64,000 bases of DNA from Eledone cirrhosa (GCA_964016885.1 OZ024756.1:6324001-6388000), one strand, 5' to 3'. Numbered from the stretch's first letter, positions 24,249-37,147 are shown. The notes: generated by a model from the sequence alone, not told the origin. Numbers and translations: made by a program.

Positions 24249-25759
24249 ATTACTATAGACTACCCAAGTAGACACCCCAACCATCGATTACCTGTACTAG
24301 ACACAGAGCTCTGGTTAGATACTATTAACAACCAAAAACAAATCCTCCATTCCCATTATGCCAAACCCATGACTTCCAAACATCTGATCCACCGAAACTC
24401 GGCCATTTCGGACCATACCAAAATCAACATACTGATTGCGGATTTGGTACGGGTGATGAGAAATGTGTCCCGCATGTGCAACCCCGAAGAACTAGAGAGA
24501 CACATACAACACTTCATCCACCGTATGCAGTTCTCTGGCTACAATCAGAGAGATAGAATCAGAGTGTATAAAGGAGCCAGAACCAAATGGGAAAAAATGG
24601 TAAATAATGACATAAATGGGACCTGCCCCTTGTATAGGAGCAAATTTTGGAATAGATAGAAAGAACTAAGAACAAGGCCAATAGAATAAACTCATGGTAT
24701 GATAGCAATAAATACGAGAGTGTAATGTTCATCAATACAACCCCTAGAGGCGAACTAGCCTACAAATTTAGAAGGGCCCTAAAGAAACATAATCTCAATA
24801 TTAAGATAGTAGAAAGACCTGGTACCTCCGTAAAAACACTTATTAGCAAGACATACCCGTTCCAAAGACCCTCATGTATAGATAAGAAATGTATAACCTG
24901 TAAAATAAGCCCCCATATTAACTGTAAAACTAGAAATGTAGTATATAGCATAAGATGTACTGAAGGACAATGTAGAAACAAAAATGTAGTGTACATAGGT
25001 GAGACAGCTCGTAGTATAGGGGAACGAATAAATGAACACTGGCGAGACCTCCAAGATAGTAAAGAATCATCTGTGCTCTACCAGCATGCTAAGATAGAAC
25101 ACAGGGGTAAATTAGAGAGCATAGAAATAAAAATAGAATCCACACACAAGAAAGACGCAATGTTTAGGCAAATTACAGAGGCAGTAAGCATAAAAGAATT
25201 AAAACCAAAATTAAATAGAAAATATGAGTGGAACAGCAACATCACAACTTACAATTAAGGACAAAATGATAACAGACACACACATAGAATAAACAACTTA
25301 CAATTGAAAACACACACAAAATGAAAACACACACAAGACAAAATGAAAACACACACACACATAGAACAAACAACCAACCAACAATAAATAAATAAATAAA
25401 CAAACAAATAGAAAAATATAAATAGAAAAATAGAAAAATGAACACAAACACACACAGACACCCGGATGTGGCGCATGCGCAAACTGAGCACGCAACCCAC
25501 ACACAAACAAAATGGCGTAGGATAGAAGAAAGGGAAGGCACAGAAACGAAGCAAGAAATCCCCAGTCACTGAAGAGGTCACAGAGTGTGTGACGAAAGAA
25601 CTATGACTATATATATATAAACAACTATCTGGTTGTGGAACCAACCAATCAACCAGAAATCTATAAATTTGTAAATTTATAAATATTTAATAAATTAAAT
25701 TGAAGTGAAAGCAACTGGTGCGTGTGTTTCTTATTGGCAACATGACCCTCCCAAAGTAT

Positions 25760-25764
<5 letters not shown>
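24249..25764 (+). mobile_element. PLE family A, 5'-truncated: thumb, Cys linker, GIY-YIG endonuclease, 3'UTR, pLTR with HHR (25564-25608)
   Basis: LPVLDTELW...; a 1-bp deletion near 24655 relative to the first copy shifts the frame. ORF 24725-25258 has CIDKKCITC, NVVYSIRC, YIGETARSIGERINEH and RQITEA..LNRK. Confidence 0.92.
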
Positions 25765-27021
<1,257 letters not shown>

Positions 27022-27229
27022 ATAAGTATGTATACGTACATACATATATGTATACAGACGTACAGTAGTATGTATATATATAGAGATACATGCACACATA
27101 TATATATATGTACGTATGGATTCACCGAACATTTATTATAATGCTCGGTGTGTTTGTAAACAAACATCCCGTATTAAGCCGTAGTGTCTAGCAACCACCG
27201 TTACTCGTATGTTCAACACTGACATGGGA

Positions 27230-27272
27230 ACGCTGTACTAGTTTCAAGCTTGTTAGCTATCGTCAGCAACGT
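27230..27272 (-). ncRNA. Type I hammerhead ribozyme (R1)
   Basis: Reverse complement reads ACGTTG-CTGACGA-tAGCTaacaAGCTt-GAAA-CTAG-TA-CAGCGT. Confidence 0.85.
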
Positions 27273-27658
27273 ATACCTTCGTGCCAGATTGTTGAACGTC
27301 CGAAAGTATATACTTTCCTTATGCATATTAACGGCTGAAATAGCCCAATTTGCATATCGAGTGGGTTAATCGGCCGGGTGCACCGAAAACAATAAACGGA
27401 AAAAATGAAACGAAATTTCATTTCCCACTCTTAGTACGGCTTTTACTTACATATAAGTATGTATACGTATATACATATATGTACACAGACGTACAGTAGT
27501 ATGTATATATATATATATACATGCACACATATATATGTGTACGTATGGATTGACCAAACATTTATTATAAAGCTCGGTGTCTTTGTAAACAAACATCCCG
27601 TATAAAGCCGCAGTGTCTAGCAACCACCGTTGCTCGTTTGTTCAACACTGACAAAGGA

Positions 27659-27701
27659 ACGCTGTACTAGTTTCCAGCTTATTAGCTATCGTCAGCAACG
27701 C
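27659..27701 (-). ncRNA. Type I hammerhead ribozyme (R1)
   Basis: Reverse complement reads GCGTTG-CTGACGA-tAGCTaataAGCTg-GAAA-CTAG-TA-CAGCGT. Confidence 0.82.
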
Positions 27702-27793
27702 ATACCTTCCTGCCAGATTGTTGAACGTTCGATTAACCCACTCGATATGCAAATTGGGCTACTCAGCCGTTAATATGCATAAGGAAAGTATAC

Positions 27794-28468
27794 GCGATAT
27801 TTTTTTCCTAAGTTCCTTTAGGTTAAGGTTGTTATAGTTATCCTTAGAAATACCATATAAATTATTTGTTTTGTCAGAGTGGACTAAAACATGTTTTGAG
27901 GAATTAAGGTTTGAAATCGTGTTCTTGAGATTGACAACGTGCTCTTGTCCTCTGTAAGTGTTTCTCTTGAATTTAGGATTTTTTATAATGTTAGTTAACT
28001 CCTCCTTGAATTGCTCTAGTTTTTTTTTTTAAGGAAGATTTCTTCTAGAATTAAATAAATGATCGAGAAAGTTATGTTCCTTGGTATAGAAGTTCCCTTT
28101 TAGGCGCTGGTCTTAGAAATAAGCTATCCATCTAAGCCTTCTTATAAAGGAGTCAGTTTTTTCAATTAGAAGTTTGTTGAATTCAGATTTACCAGGTATA
28201 GGAATGTCTTTAGTTGAAGTGGTTATGTTGTAATAATCCATGTTGTAGAAGAAGAAGTAAAAGACCATCAAAAGGTATCCGATATGAGGGTTAGCGCTCA
28301 ACCGTTAAGGAGCAAGTTAATGTAGGAGGTGAGTTTTATTGTAGTACAATAAAGCAATGCAGATATCGGATAAGTAGCACTCTACAGTTTGTAGGACTGG
28401 AGTATAAATAATATGTAAGATCAAAAGATGGTTAAAAGAGTTCCATGTATTTTATTATGCGTATTTCA
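27794..28468 (-). pseudogene. PLE family B inverted pLTR running into the ORF N-terminus
   Basis: The minus strand starts with an HHR 3' half GAAA-TACGCA-TA-ATAAAATA (matching 55751-55800). It then reads MDYYNITTSTKDIPIP..LIEK..RRLRW from 28241 and, past stops, SDKTNNLY (PLE N-terminal DK motif). Confidence 0.8.
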
Positions 28469-30970
28469 CCGCACGTAAAACCATCCTAGAGTTCAACAAT
28501 GAATATTCTACCAGAGCTTATACCTCTAACAACTTTGACATCACAATGGGAGCATCCGATTTATCCTAATTGACAGATTTAATTGGTATCTTTATTTTGA
28601 ACTCTCTGAATCGGAAAATTCCTCAACTTCGCGGTGGAATTTATCGTGACGATGGACTCTTTACTATCTTAAATTGCAACATATTTAACCTTGATATTAT
28701 TAAGAACAATATACGTAATCACTTTAACCAACATAACTTAAAAATTGAATTTGATAACAACATCAAACTAGCTAATTTCTTGGATGTATCTCTTAATCTT
28801 GACACTGGCCTATATTACCCTTACCATAAAAACAATGAGAATCTAAATTATGTTAATTTTAAATCTAACCACCCCACTAATATTAAGAATGCTATAGTTT
28901 GTGATATTGGAAAAAGAATATCCAACCTATCATCTAATAAAAACATCTTTGATACTAACGCCAATTACTATAATAACGCGCTTTCTAAAGCCGGTTATCC
29001 TGATAAAATCAAATATAGTAAAGAAACAAATTCTAGAAGATCTTACAGTAGAATAACTAATTATGATCATTCCAATAACTTTAATAAAACACCTAGATAC
29101 AAAAACATAATATGGTATAATGCTCCTTTCTCCATCTCTATTAATAATAATATTCCTAAATTATTTTTTAGTGCCTTAAATAAATGCTTCCCTCCCTCAC
29201 ATATCTATATTAAAATATTTAACAAACACACTATACAATTTTCCTATTCGACCTCCTCCAACATCTCCAACATTATCTCTAAACACACCAATAAAATACT
29301 AAATACTAAATCTCTTCCTTCCAACACTGAATATCATAATAATAGAAATAGTACTCCCGACGTCATTGTTAACTCTAGGCTAATTTCTGCAAACCCAAAT
29401 ACAACGTCAAATGCAACATCGTTAAATGTTCTTAATCCCATTCTAAATCAAGAAACTATTATTCCTATCGTAAATAACTTCTCCAATCCAATTCCTTCTA
29501 TAGATAACACTAGGTCACTTGTTAATAAATATGTTAATTTCTCTAATCGCAATTGTAATTGCCCTGTTAAAAATAAATGACCTCTCAAAAACCATTGTCT
29601 TGAAAAAAACTTAATCAACGAATGTAAAGTTATAACTGACACCAATTCCTTTACCTATTTTGGCTTCACTTCACCTCCTTTAAAGCTCGTCTTTATAATC
29701 AACATTCGTCTTTTAAATACCAATTTAAAAGAACCACCACGGCACTCTCAGAATTCATATGGTCCTTAAAGACAAAAATATTAACTATAACATCTCTTTG
29801 AGGAAGGTTTGTTCTGCTTCTCCATACTTGAATGCTACTCTATCCAAGACATGTAATGTTTATGTGAGAAATTTACCATTATATCTAATTTAGATTCTAT
29901 AATAAATAGACGCACTGACTTGTTTTCTCTCTGCTTGCATGCATTCCACAGAACATTCCAAAAAGTATACAGCTAATATCTAATACTTTACCAATTTAAA
30001 ATCCTTTTCTCAAAGGCACATATATATATACATATATATTTCTTTAAAAATATACCCATCTTCCTACCTTATTTCAATGTTATTTATTATACATTATATA
30101 ATACTAGTTACTCATTCTATATCACTCCTATTTATCACTTCCCTTTCTTTCTTTTTTTTCCTTTTTTATTTTAATTTCTAACCTCTAATCTGTACTTTTT
30201 CTTCCTAGATACTTCTCAATTCTCATTATTACTCACCACAATATATCCTTACCCTTTTAAATACTTCATAATATCACCTTGAAAAATCCTTCGTAAACAT
30301 AAATATTTTTTTGACGTTAGATTATTCATCCTCAATTCATTATATTTTTCTCCCTTTCATGCTCATCTAACTTATACATATTACACATATTCACATACTC
30401 TTCTACTCCTTTTCACAATATATCCTTAATTACATTACTATTGTTATATTTTTATATATTTTTTTTAAAATACATATCAACAATTTCTTTCCATCGCACA
30501 TATTATTAAACCTTTAAATATTATCCTTAATACATGTTAACAATTTATTTTCATCGCACATATTATTAAACCCTTCAATATACAAACCTTAAATTAACAT
30601 TATTCTTAATTTTTTTTCTTCGTTAATTTTCAAATTCTTTTAATTTATATATTATCTTCCAACGGTTTTTTTAACCTCTCTATGTAAAACAATATATTTT
30701 TCTCAGTTATAAAAGCTATCTCTCTCTCTCTATCAGCCATCTCTCCTCCTATCTCAACCTTCCTTATTATACTCCTCCCCCTCCATTCTTTAATCTCATC
30801 TCCTTCTCTTGTTCATCCTTTCCACCCCCACCCCCCTCAATTTTTTTTTTTTTTTTTTTCCCAATATCACCCATCAATCTAAAACTACTTTTCATATGTT
30901 GATTTAAAACTGCACTATTCACAAGTGTTTTTTAACCTTCATATCATGTCTCCCTATTTTATCTGACGAA
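28469..30970 (+). pseudogene. PLE family B, decayed: RT (YRDD), thumb, Cys linker, GIY-YIG remnant, long AT-rich 3'UTR, start of pLTR
   Basis: FDITMG..LIGIFIL, GIYRDDGL, NFLDV, YVNFKSNHP, IIWYNAPFS, CNC....*PL...CL and TYFGFT, with stops and frameshifts. 30893-30969 matches 55638-55714. Confidence 0.88.
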
Positions 30971-33202
30971 TGTCAAGGAAAACAGTGATATTGTCGGGGA
31001 GAAGTGCGTCCTAAATGATGATGGTGTACTTGCCATGACTGACGCTGATAAGAACGTAGCTTGGAAATGTCACTACGAAAGGCTACTAAATGAGGACAAT
31101 AAATGGGAGAAAGACAGTCTCCCCCACATCGACCCAATAGAGGGACCAGCAGTGCAAGTTGAAGGTAGTATAATAAGTAAGGCCATCAAAGACATGAAGA
31201 CGGGCAAGGCAGTCGGGCCTTCGGAAATAGTTGCAAAATGCTGAAAGCATCTGGAACGGTGGAACAGACTATGGTCACCCGGATAGTAAACCAAGTCATA
31301 CAGAATGGGGTCGTTCCGAAGGACTGGCGCAGCAGCAGCATCATTAACTGCTACAATGGTAAAGGTGATGCCCTAGATAGGGGAAACTATAGAGGCATTA
31401 AATTAATTGACCAGGTCATGAAGGTCACAGAAAAAGTAATAGCGCAACTAATCAGAGAGCGAATTGATCTAGACGAAATGCAGTTCGGGTTTGTGTCAGG
31501 TAAAAGTACAACAGACGCTCTTTTCCTTGTACGACAACTACAGGAGAAGTACCTAGCTAAAAGTAAACCCCTATACTTAGCTTTTGTTGACTTTGAGAAA
31601 GCCTTTGACAGAGTACCCCGCTCGATTATCTGGTGGGCCCTTAGAAAACTAGGTGTTGATGACTGGCTTGTGTTAGCCATACAAGCCATGTATAAAGAAA
31701 CAGTCAGCAAGGTTAGAATTAACAACGAATATAGTGAAGAGTTTAGCGTAAAAGTTGGTGTTCATCAGGGCTCCGTCCTTAGCCCCCTACTATTTATTAT
31801 TGCCCTTCAGGCTATAACAGAGGAATTCAAGACCGGCTGCCCATGGGAACTCCTATATGCAGATGATCTAACGCTCATAGCTGAATCAATGGCTGAACTA
31901 GAGAAGAAATTCCAAACATGGTAGCATGGCCTAGAATCAAAAGGCCTTAAAGTTAACTTGTCTAAGACTAAATTTCTAGTTTGTAGGAAGGAAATAGGGC
32001 ACCGGTCCCATCTGAGAAATGGCCATGCTCAGTGTGTAGGAAAGGAGTAGGTAGAAACTCCATTTTATGTCCCAAATGCAAAGTATGGGTACATAAAACA
32101 TGTAGTGGGATCACAGGTAAGCTAACTAAGAATATAGATTTTATATGTAGCCAGTGCTCTGGTGCAATAAGTAGCAGCAAGTGCCCACAGAATACTAACT
32201 CATTCCATTGCACAGACGGTTCTATAGAAATAGTGAACAGCATCAGTTACCTGGGTGATAAAATCATCAGTGGGGGAGGGTGCTCTGAAAGTACAGTAGC
32301 TAGAGTCAGAACGGGATGGAAAAAGTACCACTATTGGCCGCTAAATGGTTTTCTCTAAAAATGAAAGGCAGGCTGTATGATGCCTGCATACGAACAGCAA
32401 TGTTACATGGCAGTGAGACCTGGGCATTGTGTGCAGAGGATATACGCAGACTGGAGAGAAACGAAGCTTGCATGCTCCGCTGGATGTGTAATATTAATAT
32501 ACGTGAACGGCAAAGCATAAACGTACTAAGGGAGAAATTAGAAATAAGAGGAATCAGATGTTGTTTACTCGAGAGAAGACTACGTTGGTATGGTCACGTG
32601 ATGCGCATGAAAGACGACAGCTGTATAAAACCGTGCAGGGCAATACAAATAGACGGTAGCCACGAAGTAGGCAGACCCAGAAAAACCTGGGACGACTTGA
32701 TAAATTCCGACCTCACACACTTACACCTCTCCAAGAAAATGTCACTGGACCGAGAGCTTTGGCGCTACGCAGTAATAGAGAAGACCCGCCTTACCTAAGT
32801 ACAAAGTGAAACCTACTACGGTCAGTAGGCACCTCTAACAAAATGCACCCCCGTCTCACTACCCTCACCCCATCCACACCACCCCATCCACACCACCCCT
32901 TTCAATGTAAAGTTATGTTGGTGTCACAACATCCAGCCCGAAACAAATGAGGTCGAGTAGGTGTCACGACAAAAAAACACACAGTCCACGCTGTAATGTG
33001 GCCGTGTAGGTAACACGGTAAAAACCTCCCAGTTCCACACTGTAAATGTGGTTGGTGTTAGGAAGGGCATCCAGCCGTAGAAAACCCGGCAGACAGTCCT
33101 ATGCGAGCAAGACAACCACTCTTGCCTCAAGTGGGAAAACTCCCGTCCAAACCCATGCAAGCGTGGAATATGGACGTTAAACGATGATGATGATGATGAT
33201 GA

Positions 33203-33205
<3 letters not shown>
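30971..33205 (+). mobile_element. RTE-clade LINE, 5'-truncated and decayed, with PHD-type finger after the RT core, 3'UTR and (GAT)n tail
   Basis: NYRGIKL, QFGF, FVDFEKAFDRVPR, GVHQGSVLSPLLF, LLYADDL, then CSVC..CPKC..VH..C..CSQC, RLRWYGHV and GRPRKTW. Frameshifts or stops near 31237, 31922 and 32320. Confidence 0.93.
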
Positions 33206-33258
<53 letters not shown>

Positions 33259-33404
33259 AAAAAAGATAAAATCGAAAATGCAACTAGAGTCTTTTTTTTT
33301 TAAATATATATTTATTTTCTTCCTTTACCGGTTTCCCAGTTATTCTGCGTTTCAAAAGTAGAATTGAGATGGAGGGTTTGTGGTTTCTCTCTCTATATAT
33401 ATAT

Positions 33405-33776
33405 ATGCTGAAGAAGTAAATCCTATGTTCTGTCGTCAAAAACCATTATATTGCAGACTCCTGCAATAGGAATTTGTAGATCATGGATTTGCAGAAACTT
33501 AGCGCTGTCGCTGCGTGCAATTTTGCGATCAATATTGTGGAAACACCCAGCCTCAGCGTTATGTCCAGCTCAGTAAAATATCTTTATCTGGGTCCTGTAT
33601 TTTCGTTGCTCTAGTGATGCGGTCGGACTGCCGACTGCTATATCTAATTTGCTAAGCTGTCTGAACATAATGTTATACTCTGGGGTCTTACCTCATATGA
33701 GTGCTAAAGCTACAAACCGAATAAGCATACACGCTAGCTTGGCCGTATACTAGAGCTTCGTCTATGCTGTACTAAA

Positions 33777-33780
<4 letters not shown>
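33405..33780 (+). mobile_element. pLTR-like fragment with degenerate HHR
   Basis: CTGAAGA(33408)-GTAAATCC..GGATTTGC-GAAA(33494)..GTC; the 5' strand of stem I is lost. Tail motif ATACTC..GAGTGCT at 33675-33705. Confidence 0.5.
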
Positions 33781-33825
<45 letters not shown>

Positions 33826-34860
33826 TATAGATATATATATATATATGCCTTTTAGTTTGTTTATCAAGAAATGTCAACAGAATATAGGTTATAATTATCT
33901 CGCCAGCATTACACCGATGAAATAAATATCCTTGTTATATGTACGTCTATAATATAGTCCTATCGACGAAAGTGAACCGAAAATTATAAATCCAGTGTGT
34001 GTGTATATTTATATATATATATATATATATATACACATGTGAAGCTATGTAGATTGGTTGTAACAAATGTCTAAAATAACACAGCTCAGCATCGAACCAC
34101 TCCTTACAGTCATATATCAAGTCAGAAAACATTAGATAATATAATCCTTGCATAACCCTTAAAAACCGAAATGTTTAGACACAAATATCCTTTGATGTGA
34201 TGTCGTTGTGACGTGATATTTACTCTATATCATATAAGTCTTCTCCATAAATAGATACACGGATGAGTACATTAATACTAGAGGTGGCTATTAGCTCATG
34301 AAAGAGCCCCCTTTTATGTTTATTTGTGGTGGTTATATCACCAATTATATATATTTCTACTAATGCTTCACTTCAAATGTGCAGACTTGCAGAACTTTTC
34401 ATCAACATATGTAACCAGTTCTGTTTTTACTAACATTTATTTCTGTTTGCTTCGGTTCGGTTCGTCTTTCACTTTCTCTCTCGCGCGCTCTCTCTCTCTC
34501 TCTCTCTGTTACCTTCTCTTCTCTCTCTCTGTGGGGTGGGGTGTGGTGTGTGTGTGTGTGTGCTCTTAAAAATGGAATGAGTTATTCTCATTCCATTTTA
34601 AGCCTACCTTAACTAGCAACTACGCCTCAAATCCTATAATCCATATATTTTATATATGTATGTATGTTCTTCTGGTTTTAGTATTCCAAACGTTGGTGTT
34701 AGGACAGGTACAGCAAACACAATGTGAGCCATTGTTTTGTTTTGCGCAGAGAGTTCCGATGACCAGATCTTTTTTAATCGGGTGTAGTATTCCCTGGTTA
34801 CGCGTTCTTTATTACAGAAACCATTATAGAATTATGTATGTATGTATGTATGTATATTAT

Positions 34861-35461
34861 GTCAGGTCACCAGTTGGTGCTACTTGTAACATGTATCCCA
34901 GTACAACCTGTCTCATGGTCGGGTCGTTGGCGACTAAACTGGCAACCCCACCAAGGTTTCTTGGTGAGCGGGTGGTGACTTTAGACATCCTGCAGGACTA
35001 AAAACAAAACCTGTCAAAGGGCAAAGGAGCTCTTAAGAGTCAATGGCCATCCAAAATCACCGGGAGAGATGACCCTTTAGCCTTTGTCAAGGCAGAATTC
35101 TAGGAGAAGGAAAACTCTGATATAACACCTGCAACCCTGATGGTATCCAATGATGTTGACTTGTTCTTCTTTTTGGTAAATATCATCTTGGTTAAGAGAG
35201 TGGGACTGGCTTTGTGCAGTGCCTTTGCTCACTATAAAAGCTTCACTGCACAGGCATCTGGAGATCTCTCTGCACTTGTCGTCACATGGTACCATGGACC
35301 CAGCACTATGTGTCAATAATTGTCACAAGTGTAGTGTTTGTACCAGAGTTTTCAAGTCGCTGGCTGGACTAAAAAGTCACACTCATTCAGCGCATCGGTA
35401 GGGGTTCTCTTACATGGATATAAAGTAGTGGCCGTACTCAAAAACGAGTCGGCACCCACCA
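34861..35461 (+). mobile_element. Non-autonomous RTE-type retroposon, copy 2
   Basis: Reverse complement of 5007-5615; encodes C-x2-C-x12-H-x4-H just before the stop at 35401. Confidence 0.75.
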
Positions 35462-35484
35462 TATATGTATGTATGTATGTATTT

Positions 35485-35641
35485 AAAACGTAAACAAAAA
35501 TAACAACACAAACGGTAGAGTATATGGAAGGAATATATTAGGCTAACGCTTGAAATAGCAGGATGAGGGTCTTGACGTTTCGGGCGCTAGTCCTTCGTCG
35601 GAAGAAATAATGAGAAATAAGATAGATTGAAGGGTGGGTTG

Positions 35642-35643
<2 letters not shown>
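35485..35643 (-). mobile_element. Short pLTR-like repeat with variant minimal HHR (35570-35605)
   Basis: Reverse complement TCTT-CCGACGA-aggactagcgccc-GAAA-CG-TC-AAGA. Related copies at 61341-61500 (-) and ~44300-44492 (+). Confidence 0.55.
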
Positions 35644-35680
<37 letters not shown>

Positions 35681-35685
<5 letters not shown>

Positions 35686-36142
35686 CAAATTATTAATAAA
35701 TGGAAACATTCACATAATCAAAATATAATTTTTATTATATATATTTCGGAGGTACTGTGCTGTTTTTTTCAGAACGTCCTCGTCAGATAAAATACATAAA
35801 TTGATGTATGACATACTTCAACTCTGCTGATGGTTCAATTCCAGTCGTGGCAGTCAAGACTTGAATTGAACTACTGCCAAATCTGGAATTGAACCATCAC
35901 CACATTTGAGGTATGTCATACATCAATTTATGTATTTTATATGATGAGGACGTACTGAAAAAACAGCACAGTACCTCCGAAATATATATAATAAAACATA
36001 TATTTTGATTATGTGAATGTATCATTAATTAATATTTTGAATAATATTAATAACTCCAGAAAACTTCATTGTTGAGTGCTTTTAATCTATTGTAAAACTA
36101 TATTCATTGAATAATCAACGAACCTTGTTTTAACATTTGGTT
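35681..36142. mobile_element. Fold-back pLTR element: ~170-bp inverted arms, each with an HHR, plus unique tail
   Basis: Arms ~35681-35854/35873-36046. Minus HHR ~35727-35797 (CTGACGA..GAAA-TATATA-TA); plus HHR ~35930-36000 (ATGATGA variant). Confidence 0.8.
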
Positions 36143-36147
36143 ATATA

Positions 36148-37113
36148 TCTGTGTATATATAAAATTAAGTATGTGTGTGTGTGTGTGTGTGTGTGTGTAT
36201 TATCTTAAGGGGCTACATTTTTCGACCGATTTTCATGAAACTTTACAGGCTCATAGATTAGTAATCGGGTTTTCTATATATCAGCGTATCGTTTTTTTTT
36301 TTATTCCGGGGTCATTTTGCAGATAAAATTCGATAGGGGGTCACCTTTTATTAGGTATCGAAAACTAAGATGTGTACCTCTAGCTCCCACATTTTGCCAC
36401 CGATTTCGTGCAAATTTTAAAGCAAAGTAGAATTTACCATTGCACATCCTGTAATGGCTTCATATTTTGTTGTCCAGGAACGGCGTGGCAGCCGCTTAAA
36501 TAATAAAAAATAACACATTAATCAACCTACTTTGTTAAAATGTTACACTCCGCTAGATCTGATTATTCATGTCTTAAAGTGGCTTTACATTAGGGTTTTT
36601 TTTGGTTCAGGAACGGCGTGGCGGCTGCTTAAATATTCGAAAATACCACGTTTTCGCTCAAATTTCCGCCGTTTCGGCACTAGCTCCCACATTTTCAACT
36701 AATTTCGTTCAAATTCGAAACTTCGGCTCCACCTCACACATAAATCAATTTATTTGGTTCAACTTTTACACTACGATAGAACCTATCATTGCACATCTTA
36801 TAGATGGTCAAAGGCAAAACGATGTCCACTGACGTCGTCTGAGCTTTTGGTTGTAATTTGAGAATTCATCGGTTTTCGATCAAGTACCGTGAGGAAATTT
36901 GGCTTAGTGTTAGAGGTCATTACCTCCCTCCCCCAGCATGCCCCTTCGTCAGTCACCCGCGTTTATCAGTGATAGAGGTCATCACCACCCTCCCTCGCAT
37001 GGCTTGTTTGTGGCCATAGATGTGTCATCGAGAAGCAGTCGCTAAGAACAACACCTTTTCATCAAAGCAGATATTATTTTACCTACCCAGGCAACGCTGG
37101 GTACTGCTGCTAG
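36148..37113 (+). mobile_element. Non-autonomous Helitron
   Basis: 5' TC(tgtg)TATATATAAAA; 3' hairpin ACCCAGGCAACGCTGGGT followed by CTAG; inserted between A and T; internal subrepeats CCGATTT..AAA.TTT. Confidence 0.78.
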
Positions 37114-37147
37114 TATATATATATATAAATATATTTATATATATATA

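Larger units (their letters stand above)
27022..27793 (-). mobile_element. Retrozyme-like family R1: ~1.65 tandem units of ~430 bp plus 5' inverted segment
   Basis: Unit start ATAAGTATGTATACGTA at 27022 and 27453; two HHRs 429 bp apart. Segment 27731-27793 is the reverse complement of ~27309-27371. Confidence 0.82.

Noticed and set aside
34566-34601. Small hairpin TTAAAAATGGAATGAG/CTCATTCCATTTTAA
   Set aside because: Single copy with no tail or ribozyme motif; no function can be assigned.
34861-34950. HDV-like ribozyme at the 5' end of the RTE derivative
   Set aside because: P2-like (CCAGT/ACTGG) and P3-like (ACC/GGT) pairings and a CTAA are visible, but I could not build P1 or P1.1; not called.
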